Program-made: the position numbers and the translations under genes
The notes under the pieces: generated by a model
Told to the model about the DNA's origin: nothing
Database searches by the model: none
Seen by the model: the letters and a program-made list of their open reading frames with translations, nothing else
Shown: one piece after another, positions 1-10,724 of the stretch
Numbering within the stretch: the first letter of the stretch is position 1
Layout of the letters: the number at the start of each line of letters is the position of its first letter
Assembly (NCBI RefSeq): GCF_006345805.1
Contig: NW_021831870.1
Location: 1 to 63,565 of the forward strand
Length of the DNA: 63,565 bases
Direction of reading: 5' to 3'
Source of the DNA: Octopus sinensis
Lineage: Eukaryota

Positions 1-294
1 ATGGCCCAGTGGTTAAGGCAGCAGACTCGCTGTCGTAGGATCGCGGTTTCGATTCCTAACCGGGCGTTGTGAGTGTTTATTGAGCGAAAACACCTAAAAG
101 CTCCACAAGGCTCTGGCAGGGGGTGGTGGCGAACCCTGCTGTACTCTTTCGCCACAAATTTCTCTCACTCTCTCTTCTGTTGGCCTGCTCACTTAGCCAG
201 CTAGGTAGCGTCATGTGAAGGCTAAAACAATGCGAAGCACATTGTGACCAGCGATGTGTAGCAACATCTGATAGCCTGGTCGGTCACGGTGATA
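1..294 (+). mobile_element. tRNA-derived SINE, family D (tail type 1), 5' end cut by window edge
   Basis: tRNA-like head (TGGCCCAGTGGTTAAGG A-box-like, GGTTTCGATTCC B-box-like); near-identical body and tail at 13098-13366; ends in (TA)n. Confidence 0.85.
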
Positions 295-311
295 TATATA
301 TATATATATAT

Positions 312-720
312 ACTTTTACTTTCAATCATTTGATTGTAGCCATGCTGGACCAACGCCTGAACAAATCAACTTCAGAACCTATTTCTTAAGCCTGGCACTT
401 ATTTTGTTGCTCTGTTTTGCCAAACCACTAAGTTGCAGGGATGTAAACATACCAACAGCAGTTGCCAAGCAGTGATTGGGGGCACAAACACAGATACATA
501 CACACACACACACATGCATACATACATACATACATACATACATATACACATATACACACACAGGCTTCTTTCAGTTTCTCTCTACCAAATACACTCACAA
601 GGCTTTCGTCAGTGCAAGGCTATAGTAGAAGGAACTTACCCTCAGTTCCACACTGTAGAACTGAACCTAGAACCATGTGGTTGGAAAGCAAGCTTCTTAC
701 CATACAGCCACACCTGCACC
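312..720 (-). mobile_element. tRNA-derived SINE, family A, full length, diverged
   Basis: Reverse complement aligns to the young copy at 56245-56648 (head, internal TA/CA microsatellite, CAGCATGGCC tail). Confidence 0.85.
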
Positions 721-757
721 TAAAATTAAATTGCTGTGGGCAGGATATATGAGTGTT

Positions 758-796
<39 letters not shown>

Positions 797-1080
797 TCAA
801 TAACTACACACTCAATAACACTATAAAATGGTCAACATTTTTCCACAGGAACTTAGTTCAATTTGAAAACTACCAGAATGACGAAAGCACTATATATGAT
901 ATATGGTTATAAGTTATATTATGTATAAAAACATGTAATATACAAATAAATACCTGTAAAATATAAACCATCCAAATTTCTGAGTACCCGCTCATTTCTT
1001 CTAATATAAAATACCTGTACATCATCTCCAACCTTCTAAATATATATATATATAATATATATATATATAATTATATAAGT

Positions 1081-1550
1081 ATAAGGAAAGGAAAAAATAT
1101 AGGTCTATGATCTTTAATCAAAGTTGGTACAGATCCAATAAACATTTTACAAATCGTTTCCAAGCGTAATTAATTCCAAAAACAAAACGGAAAATATAAT
1201 CCTTTTGAAATCAAAATTAGGCTTTTTCTCAGGAATTCATTATTGGAATGAATAGGTTCGACCAACATAAAAACAAAAATATATATATAGAGACCTTTGA
1301 TAATTTAATTGTCTGTTCCTGTCTGGGCTATTAAAGGTCTTTATATTTTTTTCTTGTTGTTGGTTGAACCTATTTATTCCAATAATGAATTCCTGAAGAA
1401 AAGCCAAATTTTGTTTTCATTTTCATTATTTTTTTCATTTTGTTTTTGGAATTAATTAGGCTTGGAAATGATTCGTAGAATCTTCAATGGATTTGTACAA
1501 ACTTTGGATCAAAGATCATCTATGCCTATACTTTTTTTTTCTTTTCCTTA
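1081..1550. mobile_element. Fold-back non-coding element (about 220-bp arms) with a hammerhead motif in each arm; Penelope pLTR or retrozyme-like
   Basis: 1081-1302 is the reverse complement of about 1329-1550; (TA)n on the left flank; hammerhead motifs detailed in findings. Confidence 0.75.
1379..1490 (+). ncRNA. Minimal type I hammerhead ribozyme, canonical core
   Basis: CUGAAGA 1393-1399; stem II AAGCC(1401-05)/GGCUU(1459-63); GAAA 1465-68; stem III A-UGA-u-UCG-U; GUA triplet 1475-77; stem I AUUC/GAAU plus partial distal pairing. Confidence 0.65.
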
Positions 1551-1694
1551 TACTTTATTGATTATACCAATCCTGAATATATAGCTTTTATATATTCTTT
1601 GCTTGGATTGAACCATCAGACTTGGATGTTTTACATCCGTTTGAAGGATTTTGGTCCTTACCATTGTTATTTATATGTTTATATATATATTGAT

Positions 1695-2180
1695 AAAAAT
1701 GGTAAGACAACAAAAGAAAGAAAGAGACCACGATATTATGTAAATAGAGGAATTTATCTGTAAATGTAATATGTGACAATTATTTGGTAGCCATGATAAA
1801 ACTCTGAGTTTCAGATGCCAAGGTGGAAATCCACGCCGCCATCTCTTCAGTTATCTGGTCATCGGAAAAATGCCATGAAAAATGACCGTTATTCAAAGGG
1901 AAATAACTGTGTGATTGAATGTTATTAAGACAAAAGAGCTATTTGAATGACTGCTAATGTGTAGGTATGAACAGGCACGCTTATGCGAATACTATGAACT
2001 TTTTACCCCTTACTTTACTCCCTCTCCTTACTTAGCTCTTTTGTCTTAATAACGGTCAATCACACAGTAATTTCCCTTTGTGGTCATTTTTCATGGCATT
2101 TTTCTGATGGTGGCATGGATTTCCACCTCAGCATCTTAAACTCGGAGTTTTATCGTGGCTACCGAATAATTGTCACATAT
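1695..2180. mobile_element. Second fold-back non-coding element (arms about 1770-1941 and 2033-2175) carrying a hammerhead motif
   Basis: Arms are clear reverse complements (TGTTATTAAGACAAAAGAGCTA / TAGCTCTTTTGTCTTAATAAC; ATGTGACAATTATT / AATAATTGTCACAT); flanked by TA-rich runs. Confidence 0.8.
1791..1858 (-). ncRNA. Minimal type I hammerhead ribozyme, canonical core
   Basis: Minus strand: CCA-GAUAA CUGAAGA GAUG...CAUC u GAAA CUC-a-GAG U U UUAUC-a-UGG; 5-bp stem I plus 3-bp extension, 1-nt-loop stem III, GUU triplet. Confidence 0.7.
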
Positions 2181-2308
2181 TACATTTATATATATATATA
2201 TATGTGTGTGTGTATATTATTATATATATATATAATATATCAACATATATATATATACACACATATATATATATATACACATATTATATTACAATATATA
2301 TATATACA

Positions 2309-2341
<33 letters not shown>

Positions 2342-2367
2342 TATATATTACACACATATATATATAC

Positions 2368-2399
<32 letters not shown>

Positions 2400-2400
2400 C

Positions 2401-2456
<56 letters not shown>

Positions 2457-2470
2457 GATGATATATATAC
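2180..2470. repeat. (TA)n/(CA)n compound microsatellite
   Basis: Direct reading. Confidence 0.95.
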
Positions 2471-2935
2471 ACGTATGTGTATGTCTTTGCATCTGCATTT
2501 GTCCCCAACCACATCTTGACAATCGGTGATGTGTTTACATCTAGGTAACTTAGCAGTTCAGCAAGAGCGACCAACAGAATGAGTACCAGGCTTAAAATAA
2601 GTACATGGGTCAATTCATTTCGACTAAAAGTTCTCCAAGTTGATGGAGGGAAGGAGCTTATGTACCACATGACTATTCGATCACTATAAACAAATCATCC
2701 GAGCAGGTTGTTCAATGAGAAATTACAAAACTGTCTTTCTCAGACTATTGAGAGTCAACGATTAAGGAGGTGATAAAAAAAAAAATATAAATGAGATGGT
2801 CATGGATGAAATGACTTCGATCATAAACCAATAACAAATGAATAACAGGAGCAAAGTCAAACCAGGAAGAATTTGAACTTAAGACCCCAGCATGGCCACA
2901 GTTTAATGGCTGAAAAAGATAAACAATAAGAGATA
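2470..2935 (+). mobile_element. SINE family A 3' half, interrupted by about 240 bp (2646-2883) before the CCCCAGCATGGCC tail
   Basis: Aligns to the family A 3' half; tail resumes at about 2885. Confidence 0.7.
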
Positions 2936-2941
2936 CACACA

Positions 2942-3100
2942 CAGGAGTGGCTGTGTGGTAAGTAGCTTGCTTACCAACCACATGGTTCCGGGTTCAGTCC
3001 CACTACATGGCACCTTGGGCAAGTGTCTTCTACTATAGCCTCGGGCCAACCAAAGCCTTGTGAGTGGATTTGGTAGACGGAAACTGAAAGAAGCCCGTCG

Positions 3101-3141
<41 letters not shown>

Positions 3142-3358
3142 ATATGTTTGTGTGTCTGTGTTTGTCTCCACAACATCACTTGACAACCGATGCTGGTGTG
3201 TTTACGTCCTCGTAACTTAGCGGTTCAGCAAAAGAGACTGATAGAATAAGTACTAGGCTTACAAAGAATAAGTCCTGGGGTCGATTTGCTCGACTAAAAG
3301 CTGGTGCTCCAGCATGGCCACAATCACATGACTGAAACAAGTAAAAAGAGTAAAAATG
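2942..3358 (+). mobile_element. SINE family A, full length
   Basis: GGAGTGGCTGTGTGGTAAG...GGTTCAGTCCC head; nearly identical to 31290-31686 and 56245-56648. Confidence 0.92.
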
Positions 3359-3589
3359 AGTACACAATCTAAGTATCCAGTTCTGAAAGTTTCGTGCCAT
3401 TATTTGTGCCAAAATTTGTGGGAAATATGTGTTTATCAATACCCAAATGTGAGAACTCACCTCAAATACTCTCTGCCCTTCATATAACTTTCAAGATCAT
3501 CTCACCTCAAACTCAGCCATCATTAACTTCTCAACTTTTCATAAACACACACACACACATCCAAAAATATTGGATGCAAAGATTATAGA

Positions 3590-3994
3590 TGCAAGCATGG
3601 CTGTGTGGTAATAAAAAAAAGGTTGCTTCCCAACCATACGGTTCTGGGTTCAGTCCCATTGCATGGTACCTTGGGCAAGTATCTTCTACTATAGCTTCGA
3701 TAGGCCCAAAGCCTTGTGTGCGGATTTGGTTGACAGAAACTGAAAGAAGCCCATCATATGTGCATGTATGTGTGTGTGTGTTTGTCCTTCCCCTCCACCA
3801 CTTGAGAACCAGTGTTGGTGTGTTTACATCCCCATAACTTAGCAGTTTGTCAAAAGAAACCAGTAGGATAGGTACCAAGCTAAAAAAAAGAATAAGCACT
3901 GGGGGTCAATTGATTTGACTAAGATTCTTCAAGGTGATGCCCCAGCATGGCCACAGTCTAATGACTGGAAAAAGTAAAATAAGGATGAAAGGTA

Positions 3995-3995
<1 letters not shown>
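3590..3995 (+). mobile_element. SINE family A, diverged full length
   Basis: Same head, body and tail motifs. Confidence 0.85.
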
Positions 3996-4069
<74 letters not shown>

Positions 4070-4306
4070 TGTTTCTTTATTAGCCACACAGGGCTGAACA
4101 CAGAGAGGACAAAATACAAAGTAGAGCTTTTCTTTTGGGAAAGAGAGGAAAAAGGTGGGGGTGGGGTTCAGAATTTTGATCAAAAGGGATCATGGAAAGA
4201 AAAAAAAAAGGAAGCCGATCAATAGGGACCGTGTAGATTGATAGACAGATAGATAGACATATAGGTAGACATATAGATAGACATATAGACAGACAGACAG
4301 ACAGAC

Positions 4307-4345
<39 letters not shown>

Positions 4346-4515
4346 GATAGATAGATAGACAGATAGATAGACAGACTGACAGCTAGATAGACAGACAAAT
4401 AGACAGATAGATAGACATACAGATGATAGATAGATAGATAGATAGATAGATAGACAGACAGACAAACAGACAGATAGACAGACAGATAACAGACAGACAG
4501 ACAGACTGACAGATA
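3995..4515. repeat. (GATA)n/(GACA)n microsatellite split by the Tx1 3' fragment
   Basis: Direct reading. Confidence 0.95.
4068..4233 (-). mobile_element. 5'-truncated 3' end of the Tx1-like LINE, inside a (GATA)n tract
   Basis: ATATGTTTCTTTATTAGCCACACAGGGCTG...TAGAGCTTTTCTTTT...GATCAATAGGGA matches 60462-60700; GATA/GACA repeats on both sides. Confidence 0.8.
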
Positions 4516-5039
4516 TAATACCAACTTTCCAGACACTGATGATCTGGAATCTCTTATAATCTGTGCTAATTTACACTAATGGACAGGTCTAAGTATTTCA
4601 ATTAATTATGTAGGTAAATTAATATTTGTTTAATTAGAGTATATTGACCAGGGTGACCTCCCTAGGTCTGGAAAAATCAGTGATCCGGAAAAGCTATATA
4701 ACCAAAGATTCCGGCAAATAAATGTTTTACCTGAACTCGTATTTGACTGTTACAAATTATTTTCAAGTGCAAAAGTCTAATTATATTTCAAATCAATTCT
4801 TCTTATTTTAATTAATCCCTCCTCCAAGTTTTATTATCACCACCACAACTAGTAATTCAACAAGGAATGAGCTAATGAGAAAGCCTGTCTGTGCTAGAAA
4901 TAGCAGTCAAATCTCCCTTTAAGTTTTACTGTATTACCTTTAAAGGAAATTGCAGAGATACGAGAGATAACAAAGTCAACAGAAGACACAGGAATTGTCT
5001 TAGCTTCTTTCTTTCCACTCCATTTCCCATCCCTCAGCA

Positions 5040-5515
5040 TTCTTCTTTCATCATCTTCTTCTTCTTCACCATCGTTTGTTGTCATCATTGTCCTCAAAGT
5101 TATAATCGTCATCATCATCGTCCTCATTGTCATCATCCTCATTATCATCATTACTATCACCATTCTCCTTCTCATCATCATCATTATTTTTATCATCATC
5201 ATCACCATCACCATCACCGTCATCATCATCACCACCATCACCTTCATCATCATCATCACCATCATCATCACCATCATCATCATCACCACCATCACCTTCA
5301 TCATCATCATCACCATCATCATCACTATCATCATCATCACCATCTCCTTCATCCCCATCACTACCATCATCATCATCACCACCACCATCATCCTCATCAT
5401 CATTATCATCACCATTTCCTTCAACCCATCACTACCATCATCATCATCATCGTCATCATAATCATCACAACAAGCATCATCATCACCACCTTCATCATCA
5501 TCATCATCTTCAGTT
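5040..5515. repeat. Degenerate (ATC)n/(ACC)n trinucleotide array
   Basis: Direct reading; explains the poly-H/M/S ORFs. Confidence 0.95.
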
Positions 5516-5754
5516 TAATGTCCACTTTTTAAATGGCTCAGACATCTTTCCGCTGCTGGATACCCTTCTTCTCTCCAAATAAACTAATATTTTCCTGTGA
5601 CCAGACATTTTCGTTGAAGATTGCATTTCTGCTGACATTCATTCACCATTGTAATATGATACGGAAACACAAAGGGACACTAACAAACACACTCACATAC
5701 ACACATGTATATATATACATACACATGTGTGTGTGTGTGTGTGTGTATGTCTGT

Positions 5755-5910
5755 GCATGTGGCTGTGTAGTAATAAACTTGCTTCCCAACCACTTGGTTC
5801 CGAGTTCAGTCTCACTGCATGGCAGTTTGTGCAAATGTCTTCTACTATACCCTCAGGCTGACCAAAGCCACATGAGTGGATTTCGTAGACAGAAACTGAA
5901 AGAAGCTCTT

Positions 5911-5956
<46 letters not shown>

Positions 5957-6195
5957 CGCGCGCGTGCATGTCTGTATTTATGTGTGTCTTTGTGTTTATC
6001 CCCCATCACTGCTTGACAACCGGTGCTGGCGTATTTACATCCTTGTAACTTAGCAGTTCAGCAAAAGAGACCGATAAGAATAAGTACTAGGCTTAAGAAA
6101 TAAGTCCTGGAGTCGATTTGTTTGACTAAAACCCATCAAGACAGTACTCCAGCATGGCCACATTCAAATGACTAAAACAAGCAAGAGAAAGAAAG
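5755..6195 (+). mobile_element. SINE family A
   Basis: Head, (TG)n middle, CAGCATGGCCACATTCAAATGACT tail. Confidence 0.85.
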
Positions 6196-6223
6196 AATAT
6201 ATATATTTGTATAAGTGTATACA

Positions 6224-6387
6224 ACGGGCTTCTTTCAGTTTCCATCTACCAAAGCTAATGACAAGGATCTGGTTGACCCAGAGCTATACTCAAAGAGACT
6301 TGACCAAGGTGCCATACAGAGGGACAGAACCTGAAACCATCAGGTTGGGAATCAAACTTTTTAACCACTCAGCCACATTTGCCCATA
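6224..6387 (-). mobile_element. SINE family A 5' half, diverged
   Basis: GGGCTTCTTTCAGTTTCC...CCAAGGTGCC signature on the plus strand. Confidence 0.75.
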
Positions 6388-7290
6388 TATTTAAGAGATT
6401 ATTAAAAATATAATGAGATGGCCATGGCTGGAATGTCTTAGCCCGTACGTCTGCTGAACAACAACAATGACAACAATAGCAAAATAACAACAACCACAAA
6501 CACAAAGTTAACCCAGAGTAAGTTTTGAACCTAAGACCTTAGCTAAATTTATATATGCTTCGTCAGTATCCAGTTCTGAAAGTTCTTCTCCATTGTTTGT
6601 GCCAAAAAATTTTGGGAAACATGAAGTATTAATATCCAGCTTGAAGAACTCACCTCAAATATTTGTGCCAAATTCATTACCCTTTACATAACTTTCAAGA
6701 TCAAATTCATCTCAAACCTCGCCCATCATAAAACTCCTCCACATTTCCTACACAAAAACCAAAATAATGCAAATTCTTAAAGCAAAAAATTCTTACTATT
6801 TTTTTCTTTGTTCTTCTACTACATCCTCTCAGATCTATTTTACTATTGAATTTCTCAGCTTCCTCTTTAAATTCCTGAGTTTAGCTTCATCAAACTAAAA
6901 GATGGAAGAAACTAAAAGCAGCGCATATTCAACATAGTCGACAAACTGCCAGGTTTTCCAAAGAATTCTTCCAAAAGAAATAATATGACCTAATCTTAAA
7001 TGTATATATCTGTAGTTCTTTTGGCGAGAAGATGTTGTTGGATGCAAGAATGCAGGAATGCAAGAATAGTGGTTTGGTTTTTGGCTGGACCAAGCATCAC
7101 CTCATTGCTTGTGTATCCATCCATTGGTGCAACCATCTATACGGACAGACGTAAGTATAACCATTCATCCATTTCGCACATCCATATTTGCACATACACA
7201 AACACACACAGATAAATAGACAGACAATACATAGGTAATAGAAATAGGTGTAGATATACAGATATACATATATATATATATATATATAAT

Positions 7291-7442
7291 GCAGGAGTGT
7301 GGTAAGTAGCTTGCTTACCAAACACATGGTTCAGGGTTCAGTCCTACTGCGTGGCACCTTGGGCAAGTGTTTTCTACAATAGTCTCAGGCTGACCAAAAT
7401 TTTGTGAGTAGATTTGATAGACAGAAACTAAAGGAAGCCAGT
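7291..7442 (+). mobile_element. SINE family A 5' half
   Basis: Head matches family A. Confidence 0.85.
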
Positions 7443-7729
7443 CATATGGGTGTGTGTGTGTGTATGTATCTATCTATCTATATATATATATACACATATA
7501 CATACATGCATACAAATATATATACATACATATATATATATATACATATATACACATATACATACATGCATACATACATACATAAATATATATATATATA
7601 TATAAATACATACATACATATATACATACATACATATATATACATACATACATATATATATATATATAATATATTAATATATATATATAGGATATATATA
7701 TATATATAACACACATACATATATATGCC

Positions 7730-7764
<35 letters not shown>

Positions 7765-7784
7765 TATATATATATATATATATA

Positions 7785-8030
7785 AGTATATGAAAGAATG
7801 GAGTTGAAAGACTAGTTAACAAATCAAATATCCTTTATTCAACATATGTTTCGAAGGCTGCATATTTCGAAGGAATATGCAGCCTTCGAACATTCAATAC
7901 TCAAAATTATATAATATAATATACTACAAAATTAGAAAATGGAGAAACATACTTAAATCAATAAAACATCAACTATAGATGATATTGGATATATGTTATC
8001 CATGGTGGGTTGAATTCTCAACCCCTATCT
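7785..8030 (-). mobile_element. Putative Penelope-type solo pLTR remnant with the 3' half of a hammerhead
   Basis: Minus strand has a long stem II, then GAAA CAUAUG UU, then AAUAAA; embedded in (TA)n; CUGANGA core missing. Confidence 0.45.
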
Positions 8031-8084
8031 CATTATATATAATATATATTATTAATATATATGTACATAATATATGCTCATCAT

Positions 8085-8610
8085 CATCATCATATCATCA
8101 TTTAACGTCCGCTTTCCATGCTAGCATGGGTTGGACGGTTCAACTGGGGTCTGGGAGCCGAAAGCTGCACCAGCCAGTCAGATCTGGCAGTGTTTCTACA
8201 GCTGGATGCCCTTCCTAACGCCAACCACTCCGAGAGTGTAGTGGTGATTTTATGTGCCACCGACAAGGTGCCAGACGAGGCTGGCAGACGGCCACGCTCG
8301 GATGGTGTTTTTTATGTGCCACCGACACGGTGCCAGACGAGGCTGGCAGACGGCACGCTCGGATGGTGTTTTTATGTGCCACCGACACAGGTGCCAGACG
8401 AGGCTGGCAAGACGGCCACGCTCGGATAGGTTTTTATGTGCCACCACACAGGTGCCAGATGAGGCTGGCAAACGGCCACGATCGGATGGTGCTTGTTACG
8501 TGCCCACAGCACGGAGGCCATTCGATTTGGTACTGGCTACGGCCACGTTCGGATGGTTTTCTTATGTGCACGTGCCACCGAACGGACTGGTACCACAAGA
8601 TACAAATTAA
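8085..8610 (-). mobile_element. Family F non-autonomous retroposon with (ATG)n tail and internal ~58-bp tandem repeats
   Basis: (CAT)n-TTTAACGTCCGCTTTCCATGCTAGCATGGG; 4-5 GTGCCACCGACAC...GCTCGGATGG units; very similar to 28245-28727. Confidence 0.85.
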
Positions 8611-8894
8611 CATATAATATATATATACATATATATACACATACATACATATAACATACATAATACTACATATACACACATATATATATATATTACATAC
8701 ATACATATATATATATATATATACACATACATACGTATACACATATAACATATATATAGACATATATACATACATACATATATATATACATATATATACA
8801 TATATATATGTGTATATATACATATACACACATACATAGATACACACACACACGCATACACTCACACATACCTCAAACATACAGACAAGGGAAC

Positions 8895-9060
8895 ATGAGT
8901 GGTTTAGTGGTTAGGAGTATTTGACTCATGATCCTAACATTATGAGTTTGATTCCTAACAGTGTGTTGTGTCCTTGAGCAAGACACTTTATTTCATGTTG
9001 CTCCACTTAACTCACCTGGTAAAAATGAGTTGTACTTTTATTTTAGAGGGGCCAAATTTT
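8895..9060 (+). mobile_element. SINE family C fragment (tRNA head plus CCTTGAGCAAGACACTT CORE-like block)
   Basis: Matches 49262-49580 and the reverse complement of 24330-24648. Confidence 0.7.
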
Positions 9061-9269
9061 CCAATGGGATTTCCTAGAATGCCCTTCATGGGGGATTCCT
9101 TATTGCTATTTTATTGCTCCACACGTTAAGCAATAATGGTGGTGGGGGGACAAACACAGACACATAAATACATACATGTATATATATATATATAGCAAAT
9201 GAAAGATGGATGATGGAATATACGAGAAGTAAGCTATCCTATCAGATGTAAACAATTTGCTTCATTATC

Positions 9270-9299
<30 letters not shown>

Positions 9300-9304
<5 letters not shown>

Positions 9305-9530
9305 TTCTTGTGTAATGAGATAAAAAAACCAGGGCTGTGCAGATATTAAAACATTTATAGATAGAAGGTCTTATAGCTGTTTCCAGGATATTTATTAATT
9401 ATATCCCTTCACCGGAGACGGTGTGAAAGGATGGTTAAGTAATAGATTAGATAGGATACAAAATAGAGAGTGAGGTGGAGGAAAGAAAATAGATGTAAGA
9501 TATGTAGGGATATTGAAGTTGTAGATCCAT
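9300..9530 (-). mobile_element. Putative Penelope-type pLTR remnant with a degenerate hammerhead
   Basis: Minus strand: GUCU CCGGUGA A GGGAUAU..AUAUCC UG GAAA CAGCUA UA AGAC; (TA)n on the left flank. Confidence 0.5.
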
Positions 9531-9548
9531 TATTTAGCCAGAATGATA

Positions 9549-9945
9549 TCTTTATATATAAAAGTGAAGTTGTGTGTCTGTTTCCTACGATTTAGATTCC
9601 TAACTACTCCCACATTTTGCGGTGCAGTGTAACCAAAAGCGGGTATCTTATAGCCGTGATTCATATCGAGCCCTTCTGGGTATTAGCACGCGTCTACAAT
9701 GAGTCTACGATTTAAAAAAAATTTACCATCATTTTTTCCCATTTTTAATGCATTGTTTTTGCTATTATAAAGGGAAGTAACTCTCTAAAAATGTATTATT
9801 AAATCTCAGAACGTAAAAAGCTATAGTAACACTCCCCCACTTTGTGCTTAGCCATATTGAGATGGCTATTATACTTTACATCTCTAAAAATGCTTATATA
9901 GTTATTTCCCTTACAAACCCGAGCAACGCCGGGCGATACTGCTAG
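9549..9945 (+). mobile_element. Non-autonomous Helitron-like element
   Basis: A|TC 5' end (ATCTTTATATATAAAAG); subterminal hairpin CCCG AGCAACGC CGGG; 3' CTAG at 9942-9945. Confidence 0.7.
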
Positions 9946-10139
9946 AATATATATAAATAAGGATAAGATCATTATTTTAAATGATGAACAAATCAAGAGG
10001 CAGCATAGGAAGAAAAAGCTTTACAGGTTATAGCTATTATTAAGATTATAAAAAAGCCTTACAGGTTATAGCTATTTATAAATTAAAATTATAAACAAAG
10101 GCATCTCTTAAATCCCCTTGTTTATAATTATATAATAAA

Positions 10140-10273
10140 CAGTCCATTCACAAGGGGCTTTGGTCAGCTCGAGGCTACTGTAAAAGAGACTTGCCTAAGT
10201 TTCCATGCAGAGGGACTGAACCGGAACCATGTGGTTGGAAAGCGAGCTTCTTACCACACAGCCATGCCTGTGC
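10140..10273 (-). mobile_element. SINE family A 5' half
   Basis: Reverse complement of the family A head. Confidence 0.8.
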
Positions 10274-10276
10274 ATT

Positions 10277-10700
10277 TATTTTCAGAATGACATAGCAGGG
10301 TGATTGTGAAAGGCTAGATCTGACTGATCTGAACATGAAACACTTAGAATACTTGAGCTGGATATGGCTGGATATTAACATTCAGATTCTAATGCTTATT
10401 GGTGTAATGCTTATTAATTAACATCGTTTTAAATTAATTATGTGATTGTCACATAACTTCAAGATTTCAACATTTAGTTTTAAAATGACATGGTAGGTCA
10501 GGTGAGAGAGGCCAGATCTGGCTAGGTTGAACATTAAACAGGTAGAACCCAAGGGTTAAGCATGCGCTATCTCATAGCTTCAAGATTTCAATGATGTGAC
10601 TATTCATTTTTTGAATGTCACCCTAGGGTAGGTGAGAGAGTTTGGCCAGTTTGAACATAAAACAGAATATTTGGGATTAATGTGGCCAGGGTGAAATCTA
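10277..10700 (-). mobile_element. Three tandem partial copies of a piggyBac-type MITE (same family as 44287-44947)
   Basis: Repeated AGATTTCAA / GAACATAAAACAG / GCTGGATATGGC blocks; AAGGGTTAA end near 10559. Confidence 0.6.
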
Positions 10701-10724
10701 CTCCGTGAGTTGCGCTATTAATTA

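Noticed and set aside
1-75. tRNA gene calls for SINE heads (all families)
   Set aside because: The heads continue into SINE bodies, lack complete cloverleafs and are multi-copy.
790-1050. Possible further pLTR/hammerhead (AATGACGAAAGCAC)
   Set aside because: GAAA is present but I found no core, stem II or palindromic stem III.
1590-1660. GGATG-tttta-CATCC hairpin with neighbouring CATCAG
   Set aside because: Motif order does not fit a hammerhead on either strand.
4518-4710. Possible Tc1/mariner-type MITE
   Set aside because: Termini are only loosely complementary; single copy.
4891-5582. Long His/Met/Ser-rich ORFs (also 14800-16770, 21033-21614, 27105-28166)
   Set aside because: They are translations of (ATC/ACC/GAT)n trinucleotide arrays, open in several frames on both strands.
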